Assembly: GCA_020845775.1 (NCBI GenBank)
Contig: JADLFC010000028.1
Location: 17,642-81,641 of the forward strand
Direction: 5' to 3'
Length of the DNA: 64,000 bases
DNA from: Deltaproteobacteria bacterium
Lineage (GTDB): Bacteria > Bdellovibrionota_C > UBA2361 > SZUA-149 > JADLFC01
Within the stretch, counting starts at the first letter, position 1. Each line of letters begins with the position of its first letter. This document shows, in pieces, positions 56,186 through 64,000 of this stretch. Below the pieces are notes generated by a model. That model was not told the origin of the DNA. It was given only the letters and a program-made list of their open reading frames with translations, and did not search any database. A program made the translations under genes and the position numbers.

Positions 56186-56542
56186 GTGCTTAACGAATAC
56201 ATTTCAGTTGTGGTGATGATGTTGTTGTGTGCAGGGTTTTTGCTCGTAACACTTGTTTTGGCAATAGCAATTGGACCGCGCAAGTATTCTGAAATTAAGG
56301 ACGATCCTTTTGAGTGTGGCACTGTGCCCAGTCGAGGGTTTGCTGATAGACTAAATGTCAAGTTTTATCTAGTAGCAATGATATTTATTCTTTTCGATGT
56401 GGAAATTGTATTTTTGTACCCCTGGGCAGTTCAAGTGCAGAGCTTGGGTTGGTCGGCATTCTTGGCGATGGTAACTTTTATGGGGGTGTTAGTGTTGGGA
56501 TTGGCCTATGTTTGGAAGCGCGGCGTTTTGGACTGGACATAG
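56186..56542 (+). CDS. nuoA: NADH-quinone oxidoreductase subunit A
   Basis: Three TM helices with NuoA/ND3 motifs ..DPFECG.., ..KFYLVAMIFILFDVEIVFLYPWA.., ..GVLDWT. Confidence 0.85.
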   Translation: MLNEYISVVVMMLLCAGFLLVTLVLAIAIGPRKYSEIKDDPFECGTVPSRGFADRLNVKFYLVAMIFILFDVEIVFLYPWAVQVQSLGWSAFLAMVTFMGVLVLGLAYVWKRGVLDWT

Positions 56543-56554
56543 GACTCGTTAGCT

Positions 56555-57082
56555 ATGCAAATGCTAGTGCTAAGGAAACGAGCGCCTTTTTTGTGGGTGT
56601 TGTCGCTTTTGTTCTGCAACGCCTGTGCCTCGATGCTGGGCGATATTAGTTCTGCAGCGCCAGCACGCTCTGGGAGTGCATCGAGAGGGCGAAATTTTAG
56701 TGAGGCTCATTCTCGGACAGATGAAATAGAGAAGACAGCTTTCCCTACGCTATCTGGACTTGCTAGTGGCAAGGAACAGCCTTTAGAACCGGATGAGCTT
56801 AGCGAAGTCCTTAGGGATAGTGGTGAGCGATGGTTTTATGGCGATGGAATCGGCAAGACTATGATGAATGTCGGCGCGATTGCCATATGGCCTCCATATG
56901 CAATCTATGTTGTTGGCAATGCGGCTATTTCCATGGCCGGGTATGAACCAGTTCACATAACTAGTGCATTGCCCGAGCCAGCACGGGAAGAGGTGTTGTC
57001 GGTTTATGATTCGGTTACGGCAGTACCAGGAAAAATTAATTCAGCAATTGCTAAGGAACTTTCAGAAGATGGCGCTGAATAA
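56555..57082 (+). CDS. Secreted/lipoprotein-like hypothetical protein
   Basis: Signal peptide MQMLVLRKRAPFLWVLSLLFCNACAS. No recognisable domain. Confidence 0.4.
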   Translation: MQMLVLRKRAPFLWVLSLLFCNACASMLGDISSAAPARSGSASRGRNFSEAHSRTDEIEKTAFPTLSGLASGKEQPLEPDELSEVLRDSGERWFYGDGIGKTMMNVGAIAIWPPYAIYVVGNAAISMAGYEPVHITSALPEPAREEVLSVYDSVTAVPGKINSAIAKELSEDGAE

Positions 57083-57108
57083 ACCTCGTAGATGTTCTTT
57101 AACTGCCT

Positions 57109-58008
57109 ATGTCGAATAAGCAGCACACCAGTGTTGGCGTAGTAGTAAATCCCAGGCTCGAGCGAGCGCGAGATATTGGGAAAAACTTAGTAGAGTTCTT
57201 GATGGCGAATGGAGTTAAGTATGTCGCCAATGTATCGCTTGACGCGCCAATACTCGAATCTGTTGGGAATAAGTTTTCAGATGCAGTTTCTCGTGAGCAA
57301 ATCGTCTCGCAATGCGATCCAGTTGTTGTTATTGGCGGCGATGGAACACTTATAGGAGTGGCGAGGCTTTCTGGGGAGCGGCCGATTTCTATTATCGGAG
57401 TAAATGTCGGCACTTTGGGATTTTTGGCGGAAGTTAGTCCTGAGGAATCTTGTGTTGTTGTGGATAATTTCTTGCAGGGGAAGTCGACGTCCGAAGTTCG
57501 CGCATTGTTTGAAGCCCGTTTACTGCGTGGAGGTAAAACAAGCCGCAGTTTTGTTGCAGTTAATGACATAGTGATCACTAAGGAGGGGATTGCAAGGCTC
57601 TTTAATATGGAGTTTTATGCGAACGACAAGTTTGCAGGCGTGATGCGTGGAGATGGTGTAATTGTTGCTACTCCTGGTGGCTCCACGGCATATTCCCTGG
57701 CGGCCGGTGGCTCTATTGTGCATCCGCAGGTGCAGGCAATGTTAGTTACTCCGATTTGCCCACATGCATTAGCTAGTCGCCCTTTGGTTTTGCCGGACAG
57801 CTTTTCGGTAAAATTTAGGGTGCTAGATTACTCTTCTGCCGATGGAGGACAGGTCTATTTAACTATTGATGGGCAGGAGGGAATGGCAATTTGCAGTGGC
57901 GATGAGGTAGAGGTGAGGAGATCGGCTCGTTCGGTGCGATTTGTAAAATCCTCCATTAGGAATTATTTTGATGTGTTGGCGAGTAAACTCAAGTGGGCTA
58001 CGCGTTAA
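57109..58008 (+). CDS. nadK: NAD kinase
   Basis: ..VVVIGGDGTLIGVARL.., ..NDIVITKE.., ..DGVIVATPGGSTAYSLAAGG... Followed by recN, the conserved pair. Confidence 0.9.
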   Translation: MSNKQHTSVGVVVNPRLERARDIGKNLVEFLMANGVKYVANVSLDAPILESVGNKFSDAVSREQIVSQCDPVVVIGGDGTLIGVARLSGERPISIIGVNVGTLGFLAEVSPEESCVVVDNFLQGKSTSEVRALFEARLLRGGKTSRSFVAVNDIVITKEGIARLFNMEFYANDKFAGVMRGDGVIVATPGGSTAYSLAAGGSIVHPQVQAMLVTPICPHALASRPLVLPDSFSVKFRVLDYSSADGGQVYLTIDGQEGMAICSGDEVEVRRSARSVRFVKSSIRNYFDVLASKLKWATR

Positions 58009-58031
58009 CGCGATAACTGTGTTGGATAAGA

Positions 58032-59723
58032 ATGCTGTTGGTTTTAAGGATAAGGAATTTAGCAATCATCGAAGAGCTGGAGGTCGAGTTCGGGCCGGGT
58101 TTAAACGTCATTACTGGCGAAACTGGCGCTGGAAAAAGCGTGTTGCTAAAGGCCATTGAGTTACTAGGGGGAAAGCGATCGTCGAGTAATTTGATTCGCG
58201 AAGGTGCGGAGGCTTGCGAGGTCGAGGCACTTTTTGTGTTGGACGAGCGTGCTAGAAAGAGTTTTAAGCTCGAGGAGGATTTGGGACTCGATATCGATAT
58301 TGATAATGCTGATGATTTGCTTATTAGAAGAATTCTAGATCGCTCCGGTCGCAGTAAGTTTTACATCAATGGACGGCTTTCTACGGCAAATTGCGTGCAG
58401 CGCGTTTCTGGCTTTTTATTCGATATTACTGCGCAGAACCAGGCCCATTTGTTAGTTAGTGCGGAGCGCCATCGGGAGTTTTTAGATCAATTTGGCGTTA
58501 GCGATGATTTGTTGAGTCAGGTTGCAGAAGCCTATGGCGATTGGGGAGTGGCTAGCCGCAAGTTAGGAGCGTTAGAGCGGCAGAGTGCTGATATGCAAGT
58601 GCGCGTTGAGCAGTTGTCTGCTCAGGTGGAGGAAATTCGGCGCCTTGACATAAAGAGGGACGAGCGCCGAGAACTAGAGATTGAAGTCGCGAAACTGTCT
58701 TCGGTCGAACTTTTGGCTGAAGTATGTAGCGAAGCTTCGCTGTTGCTCGAAGATGATTCATCGGGAATATGTGCACAGCTTTCGCGATTGGAGGAAAGGA
58801 TCGCTTTGGGAGCTGAGAAGGATCCCACATTGGCTCAGGTTGTGGAGTTAATTGAGCCAGCGGTAGCAAATATAGGCGAAGTACTTTTCTTTTTGCAGAG
58901 TTACTCTTCTAAATTAGAAGAGGATCCGACAAGAATTGAAAATCTGCGCGATAGATTGGCTGAGATTGGGAGGCTAGAGCGAAAGCATGGGAAGGCCATT
59001 AATGAAATACTTTCGCAGTGCGAAGACTGGGAGAGAGAACTTGCCGAGCTTAGTGGCACGTTGAGCGATCCGAAACATTTGCGTTTGGAGCTAGAGCAGA
59101 AGGATCTAGTTTTAAAGAAACTTGAGAAGGAGTTAAGCGCAGAGCGCCGCAAGGCTGCTCAGGCGCTTTCAAGGGTCGTTGAGGCGGAGCTATGCAAGCT
59201 AAATATGGCGCAGGCGAAGTTTATTGTGGAAGTTTCGGCTATCCAAGAGTCGTCGCGTTTTGGCCGCGACTATGTGCGTTTTTTGTTGGCGGCAAATCCT
59301 GGCCAGCCAGCTTGCCCTCTAGCTGATGTTGCCTCTGGTGGCGAATTGTCGCGAATCTTGCTAGTGCTTAAAACTATCATTAACGAAAGGGAGAGTGCAC
59401 CACTGCAGATATTTGATGAAATTGATGTTGGTGTAGGTGGTGCTGTGGCTCACGTAGTTGGCGAGAAGCTAAAGAAAGTGGCTGAGTTTTCCCAAGTTAT
59501 CTCTATTACTCATGCGCCACAGATTGCTTCTTTAGCCGAGCATCACTTTGTCATACGCAAGGATACCGCTAGCGGCGAAACTCGAACTTCCGTGTCGTCT
59601 TTGTCGAACTCTGCACGTGTCGACGAGATTGCGCGTATGCTGGCGGGAAAGCGCGTGACCAAGGAGTTTAAGCAGTCTGCTATGAAGTTGCTTGGCTTCA
59701 ATGCTGAGGTTCTGTCGGAGTAG
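58032..59723 (+). CDS. recN: DNA repair protein RecN
   Basis: ..LRIRNLAIIEELEVEFGPGLNVITGETGAGKSVLLKAIELL.. Walker A, long coiled coil, C-terminal ..ASGGELSRILL..IFDEIDVGVGG.. signature/Walker B. Confidence 0.9.
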   Translation: MLLVLRIRNLAIIEELEVEFGPGLNVITGETGAGKSVLLKAIELLGGKRSSSNLIREGAEACEVEALFVLDERARKSFKLEEDLGLDIDIDNADDLLIRRILDRSGRSKFYINGRLSTANCVQRVSGFLFDITAQNQAHLLVSAERHREFLDQFGVSDDLLSQVAEAYGDWGVASRKLGALERQSADMQVRVEQLSAQVEEIRRLDIKRDERRELEIEVAKLSSVELLAEVCSEASLLLEDDSSGICAQLSRLEERIALGAEKDPTLAQVVELIEPAVANIGEVLFFLQSYSSKLEEDPTRIENLRDRLAEIGRLERKHGKAINEILSQCEDWERELAELSGTLSDPKHLRLELEQKDLVLKKLEKELSAERRKAAQALSRVVEAELCKLNMAQAKFIVEVSAIQESSRFGRDYVRFLLAANPGQPACPLADVASGGELSRILLVLKTIINERESAPLQIFDEIDVGVGGAVAHVVGEKLKKVAEFSQVISITHAPQIASLAEHHFVIRKDTASGETRTSVSSLSNSARVDEIARMLAGKRVTKEFKQSAMKLLGFNAEVLSE

Positions 59724-59768
59724 CGGAGTATGACTCATGTCGAAGGAGGGCGATAATTTCCGATTGTG

Positions 59769-59795
59769 TTGCTAGTGTTTAGCAATTTGCTTTTT
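59769..59795 (+). terminator. Weak AT-rich hairpin plus U-tract after recN
   Basis: ttgcta-gtgtt-tagcaa followed by tttgcttttt, read directly. Low stem stability. Confidence 0.25.
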
Positions 59796-59866
59796 GATAG
59801 TTTAGTTGCTATGCCTTATTTGACTCGCGTTTTGTTAGTGAGTTACCGAGTAATATAGGTGGGCCT

Positions 59867-60805
59867 ATGCGGCAAATGCCGCAATGGCTCCTAGCTCTAG
59901 GGAGGGAGATGAGATTTTTCGATACCATTGGAGAGTTTTTTTCAAATGGGGCTTCTAACATTTCTACACCGCGTTTTATTGGCGCGGTGCTTACGGTAGT
60001 CGTTAGCTGCTTTAGTTTAGTTGCCTTAGTAAATCTAAGTATCGACAGCAGTCGCACGAAGTATATTTCGGAGAAGGAGTTTTCAAAAGTAGTTACTCAG
60101 TTAGCAAGTGCGGCTGAACGCGCGAGAGTTTACGAGGAAAACCTTTACAAGAAGGGTAGGGAACTCGATGCGGTTCTCGATTCTGTGTTGCATGCCGACG
60201 TTGTGGAGAATTTTAAACCCGCAGCTAACGAGCAGGGGGTTTCTAATGGACTTGGTGGTGGCGATGAGGATGCCGCTATCTTGACGTATTCTACAAATAA
60301 GTTGAGGCGAATTGAGGCTAACCAGGAAGTGAACGTGCGCGAGTTGGGTTCGCTAGAACTGATAGAGCGGGAGCTTGCTCGCTTGCGCTATTTCCCTATT
60401 GGTTATCCCGTTCATTATGGGAATGTGATTTCTGGATATGGCAAGAGAACCTCACCTTTTACTCACAGGAGTCATAAGCATCATGGCGTAGATATTCCGC
60501 TACCGAGTGGGACTCCGGTTTACGCCTCTGCGGATGGCGAGGTGGTCGTAGTTGGCTATCAGGGATCTTATGGGCGAATGGTGGTTGTAGATCACGGGAA
60601 TGGATTTGAAACTAGATATGCCCATTTGTCGTCCTATTTAGTTAAGGTGGGCGCTAAGGTATCGCGCGGTGATAAGCTAGGCCTATCGGGCTCCAGTGGA
60701 CGCTCAACTGGGCCACATCTACACTACGAGGTTCGTTTGGCGGGGAAGGCCAGAAATCCCTTTCCTTTCATGCGTTTAGCCTCGCTATTAAAAAGCATTC
60801 AGTAA
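59867..60805 (+). CDS. M23 family metallopeptidase (LytM domain), membrane-anchored
   Basis: N-terminal TM, coiled-coil region, C-terminal ..HHGVDIPLPSGTPVYASADGEVV..GNGFETRYAHLS..GPHLHYEV.. M23 catalytic motifs. Confidence 0.8.
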   Translation: MRQMPQWLLALGREMRFFDTIGEFFSNGASNISTPRFIGAVLTVVVSCFSLVALVNLSIDSSRTKYISEKEFSKVVTQLASAAERARVYEENLYKKGRELDAVLDSVLHADVVENFKPAANEQGVSNGLGGGDEDAAILTYSTNKLRRIEANQEVNVRELGSLELIERELARLRYFPIGYPVHYGNVISGYGKRTSPFTHRSHKHHGVDIPLPSGTPVYASADGEVVVVGYQGSYGRMVVVDHGNGFETRYAHLSSYLVKVGAKVSRGDKLGLSGSSGRSTGPHLHYEVRLAGKARNPFPFMRLASLLKSIQ

Positions 60806-60814
60806 ATCCTTTAA

Positions 60815-60887
60815 GGGGCCGTAGCTCAGCTGGGAGAGCGCATGACTGGCAGTCATGAGGTCGTGGGTTCGATCCCCATCGGCTCCA
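60815..60887 (+). tRNA. tRNA-Ala (anticodon GGC)
   Basis: Cloverleaf read directly: acceptor ggggccg/cggctcc with the Ala-identity G3:U70 pair, anticodon arm catga-ctGGCag-tcatg, T-loop ttcgatc, discriminator a. CCA is not encoded. Confidence 0.9.
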
Positions 60888-61286
60888 ATCCTTAAGTCGT
60901 TGAAATTACGACATATTGCAGAGCACTAAAATCACCAGGCTTTAGGAGCAAGATGTATTTAGGTGCAGAAAACTCAATAAAACTAGAACCTAGACTTAGG
61001 CTTAATGGCGATCATCCAATTAATTTTTGGCGGATCCTCAAACTCACTTTGCCAGCGTGCCTTTAGCTCCAGAACTTACCCTCGGAGCTATTGGGATACT
61101 TTAAACTGCCTGAAGTTCGTGCTGTTAAGTCATTGAAAAAACAGTGGTTTATGGCGTGTTTGTCTTGGCCTCGTGGCTCGGTGGCTCCGGTAGAGCTGAG
61201 GGGGAGGGAGCAGAGGGGCGACGAGGCGTTGGGAGGGGCAATTGCTTCGGACTGTAAAAAAAGCCTCATGTTTGCCGCTCGACAGC

Positions 61287-61315
61287 TTGCGGCTTGCCAA
61301 ATTCCCTACTATAAT
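61287..61315 (+). promoter_or_regulatory. Sigma-70-type promoter candidate upstream of opgG (TTGCGG-17 bp-TATAAT)
   Basis: Read directly: -35 ttgcgg (61287-61292), 17-bp spacer, perfect -10 tataat (61310-61315). Implies a 5' UTR of about 175 nt before the opgG ATG at 61496. Confidence 0.4.
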
Positions 61316-61495
61316 TCCACGCGATTAATGTCGGGAGGGGAAACCAAAAGAGGCCTGGGGCTCGGTTAGTTTGTCTAGTCTTACAGGTTGTCTCGCGATC
61401 TCGATTCTCGAAAGAACACTGCTTGGGGGCCTGGTGGATAATGGAAGGCACCCTCATCAGTAATAGATACATTCTGTTAATTTCCACGAAACAAT

Positions 61496-63097
61496 ATGGA
61501 TGAGATTGGCAGCGGACTGCGCCAACGCGAAGGGCTTTGGGAGCTGGTGGTTAGATCGCTAAGAAGTATTGGGGCGCTAATGTTTTATTGCCCGGCGCAG
61601 CTCTTTCTCTGGGGCATCTGCTTTTTCTGGGCCGAGAGGGCCGTAGCAGCTCCGGTGGATTTTTCCTACGTTGAAAAAATGGCGGAAGAATTATCTCGCA
61701 AGCCCCATCAGCCGCCAAGTGTGCATAGTTCGCTAGCTGGCCTTAGCTACGATGACTATCGCATGATTCGCTTCAATGCTGATAAAGCTCTTTGGAGGGG
61801 CCAGGCGTTGTTTGAAGCGCAGTTCTTTCACCTCGGTTTTTTGTTTTCCGTGCCAGTTCGCATATTTGAAGTCGATGGGGAGAAAGTCCAGGAAATAAGT
61901 TATTCGCGCGATTTTTTCACCTTCGATCCGCGTGTGGAAAAAAAAGTTAATGGCACTAAAATCGAGAAGTTTGCAGGTTTGAAAATTACCCATCCTTTGC
62001 ACAAGGCCGATGTTTACGACGATGTGGCAGTTTTTCTGGGGGCATCGTATTTTCGCCTCGTGGGGCGAGAAGATCAGTTTGGCCTTTCCGCTAGGGGTTT
62101 GGCGGTCGATACCGCGGAGCCACGCGGAGAGGAGTTTCCCTATTTTTCGCACTATTGGCTAGTTAAGCCTCGGGCCGGTGATACCTATCTTACGCTCTAT
62201 GCCTTGTTAGATAGTGCCAGTGTGGCTGGAGCTTATAGTTTTCTCATCCATCCGGGACAGCAAACTTCGGTCGATTGCCAGGCGACACTGTATCCACGCG
62301 ATCAAAGTCGCAAGATGGGCATTGCGCCGCTTACGAGCATGTTTTTGCGCGGCGAAGCGGATGCTCGGGATCAGGGGGATTATCGGCCTGAAGTTCACGA
62401 TTCTGATGTGTTGCTGATGCTAACTGGCACCAGCAAAGAGTGGATAGTTAGACCATTGATTCGCCGTGGGGAAGGAGTGCGCGTTACGCGCTATCTCGAC
62501 ATTAATCCTAAAGGGTTTGGTTTGGTGCAGCGCGATAGGCGCTATGAAAATTATCTCGACCTAGAGACTCATTACGAAAATCGCCCGGATTTTTGGATTG
62601 CGCCGAAAGGGCCTTGGGGAGCGGGCTCGGTTGAGCTCGTCGAGATCGCTAGCAAGTTCGAGTCAAATGACAACGTAGTGGCATATTGGGTGCCACAAGA
62701 CACAGTGGATCGGCCCCTAAAACTGAAATATCGCATTACTGCCGGACGCGATGCCGTTAACTCCGATGTCGCGCAGGTTAAGCGCACCCTTTCCCAGTCT
62801 CTTGCAGAGACTGAGTTTTCTACGGCTGATGAAGAAAAAATCGCCAGGCGTTATTTGGTCGACTTTTCTGGTTCTGAATTAAAGGGCCTGGGAGCTAATC
62901 AGCCTCTTCATCCGAACTTGTTTTTGTCTAAGGGAAGCTTTCGCAATCTCACTATTCAGAAGGATGAGCTAACCGGGGACTGGCGAGTGGTTTTCGTGGC
63001 CATAAGAGATGTGGATACTGCTGTTGACATGAGACTCACGCTAACGCTTCGCGGTGAAACTCTAAGTGAAACATGGTTTTACCTTTGGGACGAATGA
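61496..63097 (+). CDS. opgG: Periplasmic glucan biosynthesis protein OpgG (MdoG)
   Basis: Aligns with E. coli MdoG across the protein (..VFLGASYFRLVGREDQFGLSARGLAVDTAEPRGEEFPYFSHYWL.., ..YRPEVHDSDVLL.., ..WGAGSVELVEI..NDNVVAYWVP..). Confidence 0.9.
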   Translation: MDEIGSGLRQREGLWELVVRSLRSIGALMFYCPAQLFLWGICFFWAERAVAAPVDFSYVEKMAEELSRKPHQPPSVHSSLAGLSYDDYRMIRFNADKALWRGQALFEAQFFHLGFLFSVPVRIFEVDGEKVQEISYSRDFFTFDPRVEKKVNGTKIEKFAGLKITHPLHKADVYDDVAVFLGASYFRLVGREDQFGLSARGLAVDTAEPRGEEFPYFSHYWLVKPRAGDTYLTLYALLDSASVAGAYSFLIHPGQQTSVDCQATLYPRDQSRKMGIAPLTSMFLRGEADARDQGDYRPEVHDSDVLLMLTGTSKEWIVRPLIRRGEGVRVTRYLDINPKGFGLVQRDRRYENYLDLETHYENRPDFWIAPKGPWGAGSVELVEIASKFESNDNVVAYWVPQDTVDRPLKLKYRITAGRDAVNSDVAQVKRTLSQSLAETEFSTADEEKIARRYLVDFSGSELKGLGANQPLHPNLFLSKGSFRNLTIQKDELTGDWRVVFVAIRDVDTAVDMRLTLTLRGETLSETWFYLWDE

Positions 63098-64000
63098 ACG
63101 AAATTATAACTCGCGGTCGTTCGGTCTTTTTTTGGTGCCTGGTCGTGGCATCCAGTGCTTGGATGGCTTCTCGGATGTCCTACATTCTTCAGGGCGTCGA
63201 TATATCCTGGCTGCAAGCCCCTATATTTCTACTGTTCGTGTCATGCTTTACTTGGATCTGTGTGCCCTTTTGGATTGCAGTTGCGGGTTTTTTTGTCATT
63301 TGTTTTCGCCTAAATCCCTTCGTTCTGGAGCGAAGGCTTCCGCTTAGGTCCCGGGGTAAGGAGTTAGAGAAGCGCCATGCCGTAGTAATGCCAGTGTACA
63401 ACGAGTCATCGGCTTTGGTGTTTGGCGCAATGGCTGCTATGTATGACGAGCTTAAGGATTTAACAGAACTCGCTGCTAGTGAGCATTTTGACTTTTTTGT
63501 CCTAAGCGATACGCGCGATGCGGACCTAGTAGCCCATGAGTCTTCGCTATGCAAGATGCTAAGAGGAGAAGGTCGTCATAACTTTTATTATCGCCATCGA
63601 CAGAACAATGTTGGCAGAAAGGCGGGGAATATAGAGGATTTTGTGGAGCGCTGGGGCGCTAATTACGAGTCGATGATCGTGCTAGATGCGGATAGCGTCA
63701 TGTCTGGGAAAGTCATTGTAGAGCTTGCCTCATTGCTCGAGGCCAATCCCCAAGCAGCGCTATTACAGACCAGTCCCAAGGTAATATTTGCTAAGACTCT
63801 TTTTGGCCGGCTAATTCAGTTTACCTCGCGACTATACGGCACGTTGTTTTCTTACGGGGCAGCTTTTTGGCACGGTTCTAATTCAAATTACTGGGGGCAC
63901 AATGCAATTATTCGCATTGAACCATTCCGCCGTCACTGTGGCTTGGGTGAGCTACCGGGTCGCGCTCCTTTCGGGGGGCAGATTCTTAGCCATGATTTTG
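63094..64000 (+). CDS. opgH: Glucans biosynthesis glucosyltransferase OpgH (MdoH, GT2), 3'-partial; absent from the supplied ORF track
   Basis: ATG at 63094 overlaps the opgG stop (ATGA). Reading frame 1 gives two N-terminal TM helices, then ..VVMPVYNESSALVFGAMAAMYDEL..HFDFFVLSDTRDAD..YYRHRQNNVGRKAGNIEDFVERWGANYESMIVLDADSVMSG..LLQTSPK..YWGHNAIIRIEPF..FGGQILSHDF. This matches E. coli MdoH closely. The gene continues past the window end. Confidence 0.85.
   Translation, partial: MNEIITRGRSVFFWCLVVASSAWMASRMSYILQGVDISWLQAPIFLLFVSCFTWICVPFWIAVAGFFVICFRLNPFVLERRLPLRSRGKELEKRHAVVMPVYNESSALVFGAMAAMYDELKDLTELAASEHFDFFVLSDTRDADLVAHESSLCKMLRGEGRHNFYYRHRQNNVGRKAGNIEDFVERWGANYESMIVLDADSVMSGKVIVELASLLEANPQAALLQTSPKVIFAKTLFGRLIQFTSRLYGTLFSYGAAFWHGSNSNYWGHNAIIRIEPFRRHCGLGELPGRAPFGGQILSHDF

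Noticed and set aside
60888-61286. Candidate ncRNA (SRP/tmRNA/RNase P/6S) in the long spacer after tRNA-Ala
   Set aside because: None of the conserved cores I can recall (SRP domain IV, tmRNA termini, RNase P P4) is present. Only generic hairpins were found.
1-64000. CRISPR arrays, IS elements/transposases, integrases, prophage structural genes
   Set aside because: No spaced identical repeats, no DDE/Y-/S-recombinase-like translations and no terminal inverted repeats were seen. The only mobility hint is the isolated excisionase-family HTH at 5849..6130.

Overview
Bacterial chromosomal window of about 50% GC, dense in conserved housekeeping genes. In order: pnp (5' end outside the window), dut, a truncated dcw block (murF-mraY-murD-ftsW only), rplM-rpsI, an OMF-MFP-RND efflux operon, a sigma-54 activator, hslVU, dapF-dapB, ispE-tRNA-Gln-prs-rplY-pth, a K+-dependent-type membrane pyrophosphatase, rpsF-rplI with no rpsR between them, ispH, a solitary nuoA, nadK-recN, an M23 peptidase, tRNA-Ala(GGC), and opgG-opgH (opgH runs off the 3' end and is missing from the ORF track). 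Several small accessory blocks of hypothetical genes are interleaved. The largest sits between ftsW and rplM (12.0-17.0 kb): a secreted Cys-containing protein with a tail-fibre-like motif preceded by three tandem 15-bp repeats, a lipoprotein, an HTH hypothetical, and an orphan TadG-like(vWA)/TadE-like pseudopilin pair. The second candidate is at 32.4-35.2 kb: a DNA methyltransferase with inverted motif order (motif I before S-P-P-F), followed 5 nt later by a CobB/CbiA-fold protein that has lost both the Walker A lysine and the glutaminase cysteine. Other oddities are a sigma-54 activator with a GSFTHA variant of GAFTGA, a CodW-like HslV propeptide, a FapA-like protein away from any flagellar genes, and a formiminotransferase domain without its cyclodeaminase half. 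No CRISPR array, transposase or integrase was found. All calls are from reading the sequence and translations and recalling family motifs; no searches were run.
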